A stretch of DNA of 64,000 nt, taken from contig NC_069372.1 of the NCBI RefSeq assembly GCF_021730395.1, positions 64,348,221 to 64,412,220 on the forward strand, given 5' to 3'. Under the pieces are notes generated by a model that searched no databases, was not told where the DNA came from, and worked only from the letters and a program-made list of their open reading frames with translations. The stretch is from Mercenaria mercenaria. Taxonomy: Eukaryota. This document shows, piece by piece, positions 23,690 through 36,339 of this stretch. Made by a program: the position numbers and the translations under genes. Position 1 is the stretch's first letter; each line of letters begins with the position of its first letter.

Positions 23690-26060
23690 GCTGTCAGAAC
23701 GGCTTCATGCAAAGTGCTATTAAGTTTGTCTACTGCTGTCAGCACGGCACAACAGGAAGTGCTATTCAGTTTGTTTACTGCTGTCAGCACGGCACAACAC
23801 GAAGTGCTGTTCTCTTTGTCTACTGCTGTCAGCACGGCACAACAGGAAGTGCTATTCAGTTTGTTTACTGCTGTCAGCACGGCACAACACGAAGTGCTGT
23901 TCTCTTTGTCTACTGCTGTCAGCACGGCACAACAGGAAGTGCTATTTAGTTTGTTTACAGCACGGCACAACAGGAAGTGCTATTCAGTTTGTTTACTGCT
24001 GTCAGCACGGCACAACACGAAGTGCTGTTCTCTTTGTCTACTGCTGTCAGCACGGCACAACAGGAAGTGCTATTTAGTTTGTTTACTGTCAGCACGGCAC
24101 AACACGAAGTGCTGTTCTCTTTGTCTACTGCTGTCAGCACGGCACAACAGGAAGTGCTATTTAGTTTGTCTACTACTGTCAGCACGGCACAACACGAAGA
24201 GCTGTTCTCTTTGTCTACTGCTGTCAGCACGGCACAACAGGAAGTGCTATTTAGTTTGTTTACTACTGTCAGCACGGCACAACACGAAGTGCTGTTCTCT
24301 TTGTCTACTGCTGTCAGCACGGCACAACAGGAAGTGCTATTTAGTTTGTCTACTACTGTCAGCACGGCACAACACGAAGTGCTATTTAGTTTGTCTACTG
24401 CTGTCAGCACGGCACAACACGAAGTGCTATTTAGTTTGTCTACTGCTGTCAGCACGGCACAACAGGAAGTGCTATTCAGTTTGTTTACTGCTGTCAGCAC
24501 GGCACAACACGAAGTGCTATTCAGTTTGTTTACTGCTGTCAGCACGGCACAACACGAAGTGCTATTTAGTTTGTCTACTACTGTCAGCACGGCACAACAT
24601 GAAGTGCTGTTCTCTTTGTCTACTGCTGTCAGCACGGCACAACAGGAAGTGCTATTTAGTTTGTGTACTACTGTCAGCACGGCACAACACGAAGTGCTGT
24701 TCTCTTTGTCTACTGCTGTCAGCACGGCACAACAGGAAGTGCTATTTAGTTTGTCTACTGCTGTCAGCACGGCACAACACGAAGTGCTATTTAGTTTGTC
24801 TACTGCTGTCAGCACGGCACAACACGAAGTGCTATTTAGTTTGTCTACTGCTGTCAGCACGGCACAACAGGAAGTGCTATTCAGTTTGTCTACTGCTGTC
24901 AGTACGGCACAACACGAAGTGCTATTCAGTTTGTGTACTGCTGTCAGCACGGCACAACAGGAAGTGCTATTCAGTTTGTTTACTGCTGTCAGCACGGCAC
25001 AACACGAAGTGCTATTCAGTTTGTTTACTGCTGTCAGCACGGCACTTCGTGTTCAGTTTGTCTACTGCTGTCAGTACGGCACAACACGAAGTGCTATTCA
25101 GTTTGTGTACTGCTGTCAGCACGGCACAACAGGAAGTGCTATTCAGTTTGTTTACTGCTGTCAGCACGGCACAACACGAAGTGCTATTCAGTTTGTTTAC
25201 TGCTGTCAGCACGGCACAACACGAAGTGCTATTCAGTTTGTTTACTGCTGTCAGCACGGCACAACACGAAGTGCTATTTAGTTTGTCTACTGCTGTCAGC
25301 ACGGCACAACACGAAGTGCTATTTAGTTTGTCTACTACTGTCAGCACGGCACAACACGAAGTGCTGTTCTCTTTGTCTACTGCTGTCAGCACGGCACAAC
25401 ACGAAGTGCTATTCAGTTTGTTTACTGCTGTCAGCACGGCACAACACGAAGTGCTATTTAGTTTGTCTACTGCTGTCAGCACGGCACAACATGAAGTGCT
25501 GTTCTCTTTGTCTACTGCTGTCAGCACGACACAACACGAAGAGTTGTTCTTTTTTGTCTACTGTTTGTCTACTGCTGTCCGCACGGCACAACACGAAGTG
25601 CTGTTCTGTTTGTCTACTGCTACAGCACGACAGAACACGAAGTAATGTTCTGTTTGTCTACTGCTGTCAGCACGGCACAACACGAAGTGCTGTTCTGTTT
25701 GTCTACTGCTATCAGCACGGCACAACACGAAGTGCTGTTCTATTTGTCTACTGCTGTCAGCACGGCACAACACGAAGAGTTGTTCTTTTTTGTCTACTGT
25801 TTGTCTACTGCTGTCCGCACGGCACAACACGAAGTGCTGTTCTGTTTGTCTACTGCTGCAGCACGACAGAACACGAAGTAATGTTCTGTTTGTCTACTGC
25901 TGTCAGCACGGCACAACACGAAGTGCTGTTCTGTCTGTCTACTGCTATCAGCACGGCACAACACGAAGTAATGTTCTATTTGTCTACTGCTGTCAGTACG
26001 GCACCACGCAAAGTGCCGTTCTATTTTTCTACCGCTGTCAGTATGACACCACCCGAAGCT
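23690..26060. repeat. 60-bp minisatellite × ~39 (ctactgctgtcagcacggcacaacacgaagtgctgttctctttgt / …caggaagtgctattcagtttgtt variants, partly alternating as a 120-bp higher-order unit). The array decays towards its 3' edge.
   Basis: Direct reading. The unit length is a multiple of 3 and lacks stops in several frames, which explains the overlapping 643/434/415-aa and antisense 361-aa ORFs. Confidence 0.95.
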
Positions 26061-29000
26061 ATTCTGTTTATCGACTGTGCGGCAGCACGCGAAGTACTGT
26101 TTTATTGTCCTATTTTATTGAACTGTCAAATGCATATTGATTACATGAGCGGTGCACAGAATATTTTAATCTTCGGTTGATTTTCGGTACAAACACATGT
26201 ACAAAGTAACCAGCAATTGAAATGGTTTATATTTAAAGCGTGTATACCTAATGTACGCAAGTCACGATAGCTCAGTGTTCATCGTCAATAGTTTTAAACC
26301 TGTAGGTCGTAAGATCGAAACCTCTTAGTGTCAGTGTGTGTTTGTGTGTGTTTTTAACAAAGTTCCACAAACACGTTGTACATGTACATTTTCATCCAGT
26401 ATTTCCTAAACTGTATTTTTACAAGTATTCTTTTTTCTATTTTTATCTCTTTTATTATTTCCCATTTCATATACAAATGTATATATTTCTATGTTATTTT
26501 TTTATTCACAGTTCATTTCACTACATTACAAATTTCATAAATATAAATTACAACTAGATAGATTCATCATTCAGTTTCCTCGCGATGTCGGTACTGCTGA
26601 CCTCGGAGTTATATAAATTATATAAATAATTAAAAATGAAAAAATAAAAATGTTCTCGCTAATGGGTTCGAACCAGCGATTTCCTGCATACTAGCTATGT
26701 GCTGTAACCACTGAGCCACAGATACGACCGACGAGTGCATGTTTCACTTACAATACTAATAATGATATTTAGACACTTGACCAAAATTTCTTTCCGTAAA
26801 ACATACGGATAGCACCGAAGTTGGGCCGAATATTATAATATCGAATGCACAGAGCGTATAATGTATGCATATTTGACAGGTTAAAAAATAGTACAATACA
26901 TGTGGAAGGGGGGTTAGTTAATCCAAGATGAAATTACAACAAGTCTTGTTATTTCCCTTTGACCAGTTTCTTTTCATACACATGTGCTTTACCGTTGCCT
27001 GGTTATAATGGATATCGCGGGAATATCATCACATGTGCTCGGATTTTGACCGTTTTATTGAACTTTTTATAGTAAAGACCGAGACATCAGGCCCCGAACT
27101 GAGGTGTGAGCATTTCTCTGTTCCAAAAACTGTAATAGATTCAGCTGGATTAAACTATTTCGATCGAAAAACGTTGCAATATCAGGAAATATTTTTCTGT
27201 CTTTGAAATAACTTTGAACATTACAAAAATAAGCATTTAAATTATTCTTTCATTGAAGCTAGTCGAGATATAGTTGTTAGCTTGTTATAGTCCCCTAATC
27301 AAGGTTAACTGATGGTCTCCGACATGTGTAAGTGATGTTAAAATATATGTCCAAAGATAGTACCCGGTGCTTCAGAAAAAAACCCACATACACACACACA
27401 AAAGACAACTGCTGTACATCATGCACGTCGGGATTAGCAATACCATCCATTTGTTGCTATTGTATTTGTGTCAAATGTATGTCATCATGGGCTTTTTAGC
27501 TTATCTGATTTGAAATAAAATGTCTGTCTGTCTGTCTGCCTGTTCTCATTGCGAGCAATACTGCCAGAACCAGAGCATGTTATCTTAGGTAAGGAAAAAG
27601 ATACTTTGCAAGATGTAACTAGCTTGAAAAATAAAAGAATAAGTAAACTTTATAACCATTATTGTAGGCACATCAGCTGAACTAATGATGTATACGTGGC
27701 ACAACCAGAACTAACCAATTATGTTTGTATTTGTGGTAAAAAAAGCAAGAGTACGTAAACTCGCAGCTGAATTGCACCTAAAATATCACGTTTATGGTAA
27801 AAAAATACTTAAACACATAATATTATAGAGTATGTAAATAATTTAGAACCGTCAGATATTTTAAGGTTACTATAATTGTACCAAAGAATATGAACGAGAT
27901 ATTACGTGGAATAATACTAGGCGACTTTAGTAGGAGCGCAATGATGCATCCGCGTAAGAACAAGTGTATATTGTCCGTTACAAGTCCAATGACCTATTCA
28001 TAACATACACGTTTATGAAAAAAATCGAATATGAACAAACAGCAACACTTGAAATTATATGCTGGTCAGAAACACAACATTTACGATTATTTAGAATTTA
28101 GAGATGTAAAAAATCTTCTTCATCTTCCAAAGGGGAGTATTATTTTCTATCGCTTTGTAAAACGGTAAAATTTAGCAGTGATCTTGCTACATGTTTTTTT
28201 TTTACTTGATGTATGACTAAATCTGCTTGTCTTTTGATATATTAATAATATATATATTACCAGCGTAACTACAAGAACATAATATCTACAAAAGAACATC
28301 TATTCTTCTTCTCCGGTTTCATCTGTGCAATAAACAGGCATGATTTGTGCGGATAAAGCCAATAGAAGTAAAACATGATCCATGGAGCCAATATTGGCAA
28401 ATCTGTGTAATTTCATATCACATATCTTCATTTTATTCCAGTTAATTAAGTTGTTATTGCATTCAAATATATTTATATTTTCAAATACGATCCCTGAACG
28501 ATCTTTGAGGTTATGAATAGAGCATCAAGGGCGGTTAGTGTGTCCATTTGCTGTAGATTTATGTATGAAATATGTAATACACCGCTGTTTAAACTATTCA
28601 TACAACTTTATTAACATCTCTGTTATGTATACCTCTTTTAGAAAACTGCATTTTTACAAAAATAAAGCAAAATGGAGATAGATATGGCGGAATCCCCGCC
28701 TAGGAAACAAAACATTGCACGTGCACACGCACACAGCCACAAATCCATCTACCCACCTATCCAGCTGTTGTTGTTTTGTTTCGGAGAGGGTGCATTCTTT
28801 TAATGTAACTATTTCTTCTTGGTATTTTCTTCATTTTTTATTTGTTTGATTGACTTTGCTCATGAGAGGCAATGAAATGTGCAATATCTTTCTAGTCCCC
28901 ACGGAACAGGCGTAAATGTGCAATATCTTTCTAGTCCCCACGGAACAGGCGTAAATGGATTTATATTAGACAAGTATTAAATGGACTCCATGTTCTCTCT

Positions 29001-29617
29001 TTTATACATAAATCGTTTGTTTACATACAAATGTACTTATATTCTCCTTCACTTTTCTGCATATATGTAAACATCTCATTGTGACTTACATTAAACTCTT
29101 TCAAAGAAAAATGCAAATCTAGAAAATTAATACAAAACATTTTTGGCCTTTGCTTAGTAAAACAATTAGCTATAGACAAGTGCACTTTAATTTAGTATCG
29201 AGGAACCTGTTTATCTCTATCGCGGAGACGCAACATATTAAAAAGCTCTTTTGCCCTGTTTTTAACACTTATCAAAACATACATCAAACGAAACACATAA
29301 AATAAAGTCAATTGTTTGGCAAATGATATTCATAAAATAAAGCACCGGGCGCACAAATAGTTAACTGTCTATAAACAGCCAAGTTAATCTATATGAAGTA
29401 ATGAAACGACGAGCTAAAACTGTAATGGAAATTATACCGTACAGTTATTTCAGGCGAGAAAAGCCCAAACTTATGACTTCAGAAATAGCATTCATTTGCA
29501 GAAGATATCAAATTCAGGCACGTCCTTCGTGTTTCAAGAATATTCTGTAGAATTTACATCTCGTTAAAATACCCAATGGGACTATTAACAAAGATATCTG
29601 AACATGTAACATGATTA

Positions 29618-29907
29618 CGGTGCCCCTAAAGTTACATGTTACACACTTTTTTTCCACTTAGGTAATGTGAGACTTTTTTTTATTTCAACTATTTCGTTTA
29701 AACGAAATGATTTCGTTTGAACGAAATAACTATTTCGTTTAAACGAAATCATTTCGTTTAAACGAAATAAGTTTAAACGAAATAGTTATTTCGTTAAAAC
29801 GAAATCATTTCGTTTAAACGAAATAAAAAAGTCTCACATTACCTAAGTGGAAAAAAGTGTGTAACATGTCACTTTAGGGGCAGGCACGAAAGAAGTCTAT
29901 TCCAGTG
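29618..29907. mobile_element. Foldback/palindromic insertion present only in copy 1 of the duplication. Long inverted arms (gtgcccctaaagttacatgttacacacttttttt ccacttaggtaatgtgagac…) enclose repeats of the self-palindrome atttcgtttaaacgaaat.
   Basis: The inverted repeat is read directly. The paralogous site at ~36860 lacks the insert. Confidence 0.7.
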
Positions 29908-31337
29908 GCTGCTTAAAATGGCAAAATCCGCAAACCGTTTTTCCGGTTACAGTAATTTTTCTTTTCAGTAACGTTTCAATTTTTATGACAGTTTTTAGTA
30001 TTTCCTGAAAAACGTATTACCAGTTCAATTTTAAAAGGTGAAATAATATAATTTTCCCAAAAGAAGCAAAACTTTCTGAGCATTTCTCCTGCATATTTAT
30101 CAAGGGGCAAGTGCCAACATAGTGTAATTTATGTCGTCAAATAGTTTTATACGGTAACACGATAAAAACGAAAATGTTGCAGGCTCGGATTGATTGAGCC
30201 TGTTCATGGACGGTAGTAGAAATTGATGCTACTGTCCATGCCCTTTAGCCCTTGGTTGAGAATGACTCAACATTTACACATGCTACAAGTACAAAAGATA
30301 ATAGGTAAAGGTAGATTTCTCGGAAGCACAGAGCACCAAAAAACACAGCCTCAGAGCCACGTGTTTCCAAAGTAGGCCCACAACAAAAAGAAGCTGTAAT
30401 GGAAAAATATTACAGACGGGTTGCTTCAAAAATGTAACAAGTACATATAAATTTATGCCAAGTATAGATAGAGGGGGAGAAAGTGGCAATGGGTAAAAAG
30501 GGGAAAGGGGTTGGGGTTGGGGGAGGAAATAGAAGGGGAAAGTAGAAAAAAGATGAATATACAAAGTGAATGCTACATTCCTTAATTAAGGTTACACTAC
30601 AACGTAAACCACAATAGCGCACACATTCATGTATCAAAGATAAACACACAGCGACACCCAACTAACTAACATAGAAAAACGAACAGGTAAGATACAAGAC
30701 CACAGTAGGGCACCGCTTTAGAAAAACAATTTAGAGACATCCGCATATGTGTTCGTACGGCAGTGCACATGGAACCTTCAATGATACACTACACATGGAA
30801 CCTTCAATGATACACTAGAGTGTAAATCAATGAAAAGCGGAACAGTTTAAATAATAGGCATACATTTGTAACTAAACAAACTGGAGTTTAGAAAGGGGGT
30901 CAGAGGTTATGGAGCCTGCATATCATATGAACTGCCAAAAGACAAAATTAAAAAGCAGGCACCATTTCCAAGGGGTAATTATACAATACCCAAAGCTATG
31001 AAAGCGAGGGTATTGAACCACCCAGGCCGTAGTGTTAAAACTGAGAAACTGAACTACCAATAACATGACATAAATGTCGTGCTGAACAATTTTTTTCATT
31101 GAATATCTTTCGGCAAACTGGCAGCAAACGGAAATCTTTTTTTTTCAACTGTTATGTCAAATTGCATCCCAAATATGCAAGTGTACTTTCACTTTTGAAA
31201 CAAATGCGAACGCTTACCTACGAATATCTGTAGCAGTAGATGCGTCTTGTTCGAATTCAAATTTACGTGTTTTATTGTCTAAACGGTCAGATATATTAAT
31301 ATTCTACAAAAGATGAAATATTTTCAACATTGTTACT

Positions 31338-33163
31338 TTTTAGCATAGAGTTTTTGTGATCGCTCGATGTCCGTCGTCTCTCTTCTGTCTGTTTGTCGTC
31401 TGTCTGTCAACATTTAGCTTGTGTATGCTATAGAGGCTGTACTTTTCAATAGATCTTTATGCAAAATTTGGTCAGAACAATTACCTTGATAAAATCTAGG
31501 CCAAGATCGAAAATGGGTCATCTGGAGTAAAAAAACTAGGTCACTAGGTCAAATCAAAGAAAAACCTTGTGTATGCGATAGAGACTGTATTTTTCAATTG
31601 ATCTTCATGAATTTTGGTCAAATGATAACCTTGATAAAATCTAGGCCAGCTTTAAAAATGGGCTATCGGGAGTCAAAAACTAGGTCACTAGGTCAAATAA
31701 AAGAAAAACCTTGTGTATGCGATAGAGACTGACTGTATTTTTCAATTGATCTTCATGAATTTTGGTCAAAATGATTGTCTTGATGAAATCTAGGTCAAGT
31801 TTGAATATGGGTTATCTCGGGTTAAAAACTAAGTCACTAGGTCATATCAAGGAAAAAGCTTGTTTATACAATAGGGACTTCATTTTACACCAAATTTTAA
31901 TGAAATTTGATCAGAATGTTTGTCTGGATGAAATCTAGGTCAAGTTGGAATGTGGATCATCTGGGGTCAAATACTAGGTCAAAAGGTCAAATTAAAGAAG
32001 AATTCTGTGTATGCAATAGGGGCTGCATTTTACATTAGATATTCATAAAATTTAGTCGGAATAATTGCTCTGATGAAATCTAGGAGGAGTTCGAATATGG
32101 GTTATCTGGGATTAAAAACTAGGTCACTAGGTCAAATCAAAGAAAAAACTTGTGTATGCGATAGGGGCTGCGTTTTACACAGGATATTCATGAAATTGAT
32201 CAGAATGTTTGTGTGAATGAACTCAAGGTTGAGTTCGAATGTAGGTCATCTAAGGTCAAAAACTAGGTCATCCGGTCAAATTAAAAAAAAACTTGTGTAC
32301 GCAAAAGGGGCTGCATTTTACACTGGATATTCATAGAATTTAATAAGAATGATTGCCTTGACGAAAACTAGGTCAGTTTCAAATATGGGTTATCTGGGGT
32401 CAAAAACTAGGTCGCTAGGACAAATCAAAGAAAAACATTGTGTATGCGATAGAGGCTGTATTTCTCAATTGAGGTTCATGAAATTTAGTCAGAATAATTG
32501 CCTTGGTACAATCGAGGTCAGGTTTGAATATTGATTATCTGGGGTCAAAAAATAGGTCACTAGGTCAAATTAAAGAAAAACCTTGTGTAAGCAACATGTG
32601 CTGCATTTTACACCCGATCTTCATGAAATTTGATCACAATATTTGTCTTGATATCTTCTAGGTCAGATTTGAATCTGGGTCATGTTGGGTCATAAACTAG
32701 GTCATCTAGTCAAATCAAAGGAAAAGCTTGATAACACTTAAGAGGCCACATGTATGACCATATCTTCATGAAATTTGATCAAAATGTTTATGTTGATGTT
32801 TAAAGTCTTGGATGATTTCGAATGTGGGTCTCATGGGGCCAACAACTAGGTCACTAGATCAAATCAAAGGAAAAGCTTGTATACATTCTAGAGGTCACTT
32901 CTTTCATTCTTCCTGAAACTTTGTCAGAATGTTTTTTTTTTATGGAATCTTGGACAAGCACGAATCTGGGTCATGTGCGGTCAGAAACTAAGTCACTAGG
33001 TCAGATCACAGAAAGTACTTGTTTACCCTCAATATTTTTGATCCAATCTTAATGAAAATTGGTTAGGATATTTGTTTCTGTGAAGTCACTAGGTCAAACA
33101 TGTTTACACTGTTATGGTGTGTTTCTCAGGTGCGCGACCTAGGGCCAACTTGGCCCTCTTGTT
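31338..33163 (+). mobile_element. Helentron-like element with its 5' hairpin deleted, carrying ~12 tandem ~130-bp units (…ctaggtcactaggtcaaatcaaagaaaaaccttgtgtatgcgatagaggctg…). 3' is CAGGTGCGCGACCTAGGGCCaacttGGCCCTCTTGTT.
   Basis: 3' terminus and internal array read directly. There is no counterpart in duplication copy 2, so it was inserted after the duplication or deleted from copy 2. Confidence 0.65.
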
Positions 33164-34687
33164 TGTTGACCTATTAATTAAAACAAATCAGTACATATCA
33201 AGTGTAACCAAACAGTTTAATGCGTCTTTGTAACACAAATATGTTCGGACACAAAATATGTCACATGTTAATATATTCTGATGCTGTCTTTTATTTCATC
33301 TGCAAAAGTCTTGAAATCAATTATTATATTGTAATCTGAGCTTCGTTTTACATTGGTACATTGTAGTTATCCCATATTTATATTTCCAATTCTGATTTCT
33401 GGAAATATTAACATGCGAATACAACAATCCTTTACCATAAAAGTAATAAGACATATAAATCATCATTGTTTTCCATTTAGGGGTTTATTGATAATAGCAA
33501 ATTTGCGATACACGATAGAGTAACTTGCATTATGGTTAATATCACTCTATTTGTAGTGGGGACGTATAAAACGGCTTTGTCTGAATAAGTTAATCATTTT
33601 CCAGAGCTTTTTTGGGCATTTTGCCAGTGAATCATGAAGGAAACATTTATGTAACGAAAACTCAGTCTTATATTTATCTTATCCTTAGGAAAAAGTATGT
33701 TTATCAAATTTATACTTAAGTTCAATCAGCTTTTCCTTGGTTGTTCAATAAGGATAAGAAAATCTAATTTTAGAACATTCTAGAAAACCTCATGTGAAAA
33801 TCTAATATGTAATTAAACTTTAATGTTTATTCAATTACATGATCAAAAACTCTGATTGTTCGCGCCTTATGTAAACTATAACAAAACGTGCAGTAGCTTT
33901 ATTAATGCTTAAATAAATATTGTTTATCGAAATGTTACCAATATTTCTCATACCTATGTCTAAAAGGTTTGTTACAATACTAAGAGATAATTTCAAAATA
34001 TCATGAAATGTGCAATCAGTAATTCCATCAAATCTAGAAATAAAATTCGTTAACTTGGTTTGATAAACATCCGGTCGTTTTGGATCACTGACACCATTCA
34101 AATTTTCTAGAATTGTAGGCGCTAGGGCGTGATTGATGTTGCACTTTCCATTACCTCCCCTAAACTTATTTAAACCGAGTCTGCTATAATTTTGCTTGGT
34201 TGCTTTCTATTTCTTATAGATTATATTACCGAAACCAAAAGGAAACACTGTCAGTAAGGCCTAAAAATTCTTTGTTTCCGGTAACATGCTCAAAATAATT
34301 AGGGTAGGAAGGTCGGAATTGTTTTTTTTTCTTTTATTTTTTTTATATTTTTTTTTAAGTGAGTCTTTTCGGAAATTATTTTTGTGTCAAAAATGAATAC
34401 AAATAAGGGGGTTATGCCTTTAAAGCACCAGTAAGTTGGTTTCTAACATCACCGACCATGTTTAAGGCATAGAAAGTGCAGTTTTGCAACCTTTTGTTAA
34501 AAAAGTTGAAAAAAATATTCTCCAAGGCCATACAACTTTTAGTGTCAGGCCAACAATTTAGGGTAGGTCGGGATTTCGGAGAAAAACAATATTTTACGCC
34601 TAATATTTCTGTCCAAAAACAACCGATATTGAATTTCAGTCCCCTACTGATTGAAAACCAGTTTCAGAGAATATAGGATTGCGCTTT

Positions 34688-34740
34688 TCCGTTCGTCCGT
34701 CCGTCCGTCTGTCCGTCCATCATTTCGTCCGTCCGTTTGC
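34688..34740. repeat. (CCGT)n-like microsatellite. A degenerate counterpart in the paralog lies at ~40880-40915.
   Basis: Direct reading. Confidence 0.8.
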
Positions 34741-34899
34741 ACTTTTGTGTCCAGTCAATTGCAAATAAAAATATACTCTATAAACGTGTTCAAACTCTTT
34801 ATATTGATACAGTTTTTGTTATTTCAACTAAGTTTAGCTAAATATTCTACTGATTAATAATTATTGCTCATGATTTATTATTATACTATATAGTAAATG

Positions 34900-35169
34900 T
34901 CCCCATGTGGTTCTGGGACGATTTATGTATAAAAAGAATTGGAACCACTGCCTAACCCTTGCATGATCGTAAGAGGCGACTAATAGGGTCTTAACACTTG
35001 GTTTTGCTGTAACTCTGTGATTCCAGCAGGTATGCAAATTTTGATTCCATACCTCATACTTTTATTTCGATGTAAATGAGATGTGAAACCAAAATTTGTA
35101 GTCCTGTTTGGCGCCATATAACCTATATTGTGTTGGTGCGCCGTAAAACCCAAATAAATAAATAAATAA
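34900..35169 (+). mobile_element. SINE-like insertion with a perfect 12-bp TSD atatagtaaatg (34888-34899 and 35170-35181). Present only in duplication copy 1.
   Basis: The TSD is read directly. Tail 'tgttggtgcgccgtaaaacccaaataaataaataaat' matches the SINE tail family. Confidence 0.7.
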
Positions 35170-36339
35170 TATAGTAAATGCTTTAATTTCAACACGATCG
35201 CTGGATGCAATTGATATTCGACCACACATATTTAAGAGCAAGCCTTTTCACACAAGAATATTGTCGCAAAAATAAAGCATGGGTATGACCTTGGAGCAAG
35301 GCATAATTGGCTAACTCCATTAGCGTTTATTGCTGAATTGTAGACATATCATTAGTTTACTCTCATCTTCTATGTATGATGTCTTTTCTATCAACCTTTA
35401 TCGGAGGTTCAGATCAGTTCACAGTCAGATATCGAAAGACTTGCGGTAGTATTTGTTAAAATATTGGGAGCTTGGTACACCCAGATGTTTAACTTATAAA
35501 CAGAGGACAAATGATGTGAAACATCATGCCATCCATCAATTCCTCACGTCTCACGTGGACCATATGCATTGTCTGGGTATCGATTTCAGGGGATACTGGG
35601 TATGCACTCTCTCTATTTAGCTTAATATCCTGCTATAAAACATATCGCTGAATACAGTACTTTTGCGACAAAACTAGGATGATTAAGGAGAAGTTACTAC
35701 CTTTATTACTTTTCTTTTACAAATATTTTTATCGTCCATTTGGAACTATTGCTAATATATCGCAGTATTACCAAGCAGACGAAAAATTGGTCTTTAATGT
35801 CAAAACTCCCTGTGGTGTTTACGCCACTGACCTCTTTGGTGTGTCCTGGTGTGTCCATGTGTGTCTTCATGTATGTTTGTGTCTTTTTGTTATTTCTATG
35901 TTTGATGCATTATACTCGTACGTGTACGTGTATACATTATCAAGAACCATATTTCCACTAGACTGATGCATGAGACGTTGCATCCCGCCTGAGTTTTTAA
36001 TTTGCTTAGTTTTCCTTGTCAAGTGGTCTCTCAATACAGGTATATGTTAAAAGGAAAGAGAAAATGGTGATCTAATTTCGCGCTTTAATAGTGCCTTTGT
36101 CAGAGTTTTGTTGCACTTTCATGATCTTAAATCTATACATTGATAACTGTTGTAATATCCTTGTAGAACATATTTCTTACTTACCTATTAGATTAAGTGT
36201 ATGAATATGTAGAAAGTGTATTCTTTGTTACTATCTGATATAAACGGTCTTACTTCCTGAGCTAACCATTCAGTTCATTCGCATTACCTTTGCTTTTTTT
36301 TTTGGATTTAACGCCGCACCGACACATGATAGGTCATAT

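Larger units (their letters stand above)
29100..35400 (+). repeat. Copy 1 of a ~6-kb tandem segmental duplication. Its paralog is 36340-41250.
   Basis: Collinear blocks: 29170-29617 ≈ 36380-36870; 29908-30170 ≈ 36880-37140; 33560-34200 ≈ 39060-40300; 34600-34890 ≈ 40820-41060; 35170-35350 ≈ 41060-41220. Identity by eye is about 75-85%. Confidence 0.75.

Noticed and set aside
23653-26180. Long ORFs (643, 434, 415, 361, 171 aa) on both strands.
   Set aside because: They lie entirely within a 60-bp tandem repeat that is stop-free in several frames. Mutually antisense overlapping 'genes' made of 20-aa repeats are a repeat artifact, not coding sequence.
26640-26725. tRNA-like segment on the minus strand (GGTTCGAACCC…GCTCAGTGGTTACAGC).
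   Set aside because: It has B-box- and A-box-like motifs, but I could not fold a consistent cloverleaf (D and T stems fail). It is probably a decayed tRNA/SINE fragment.
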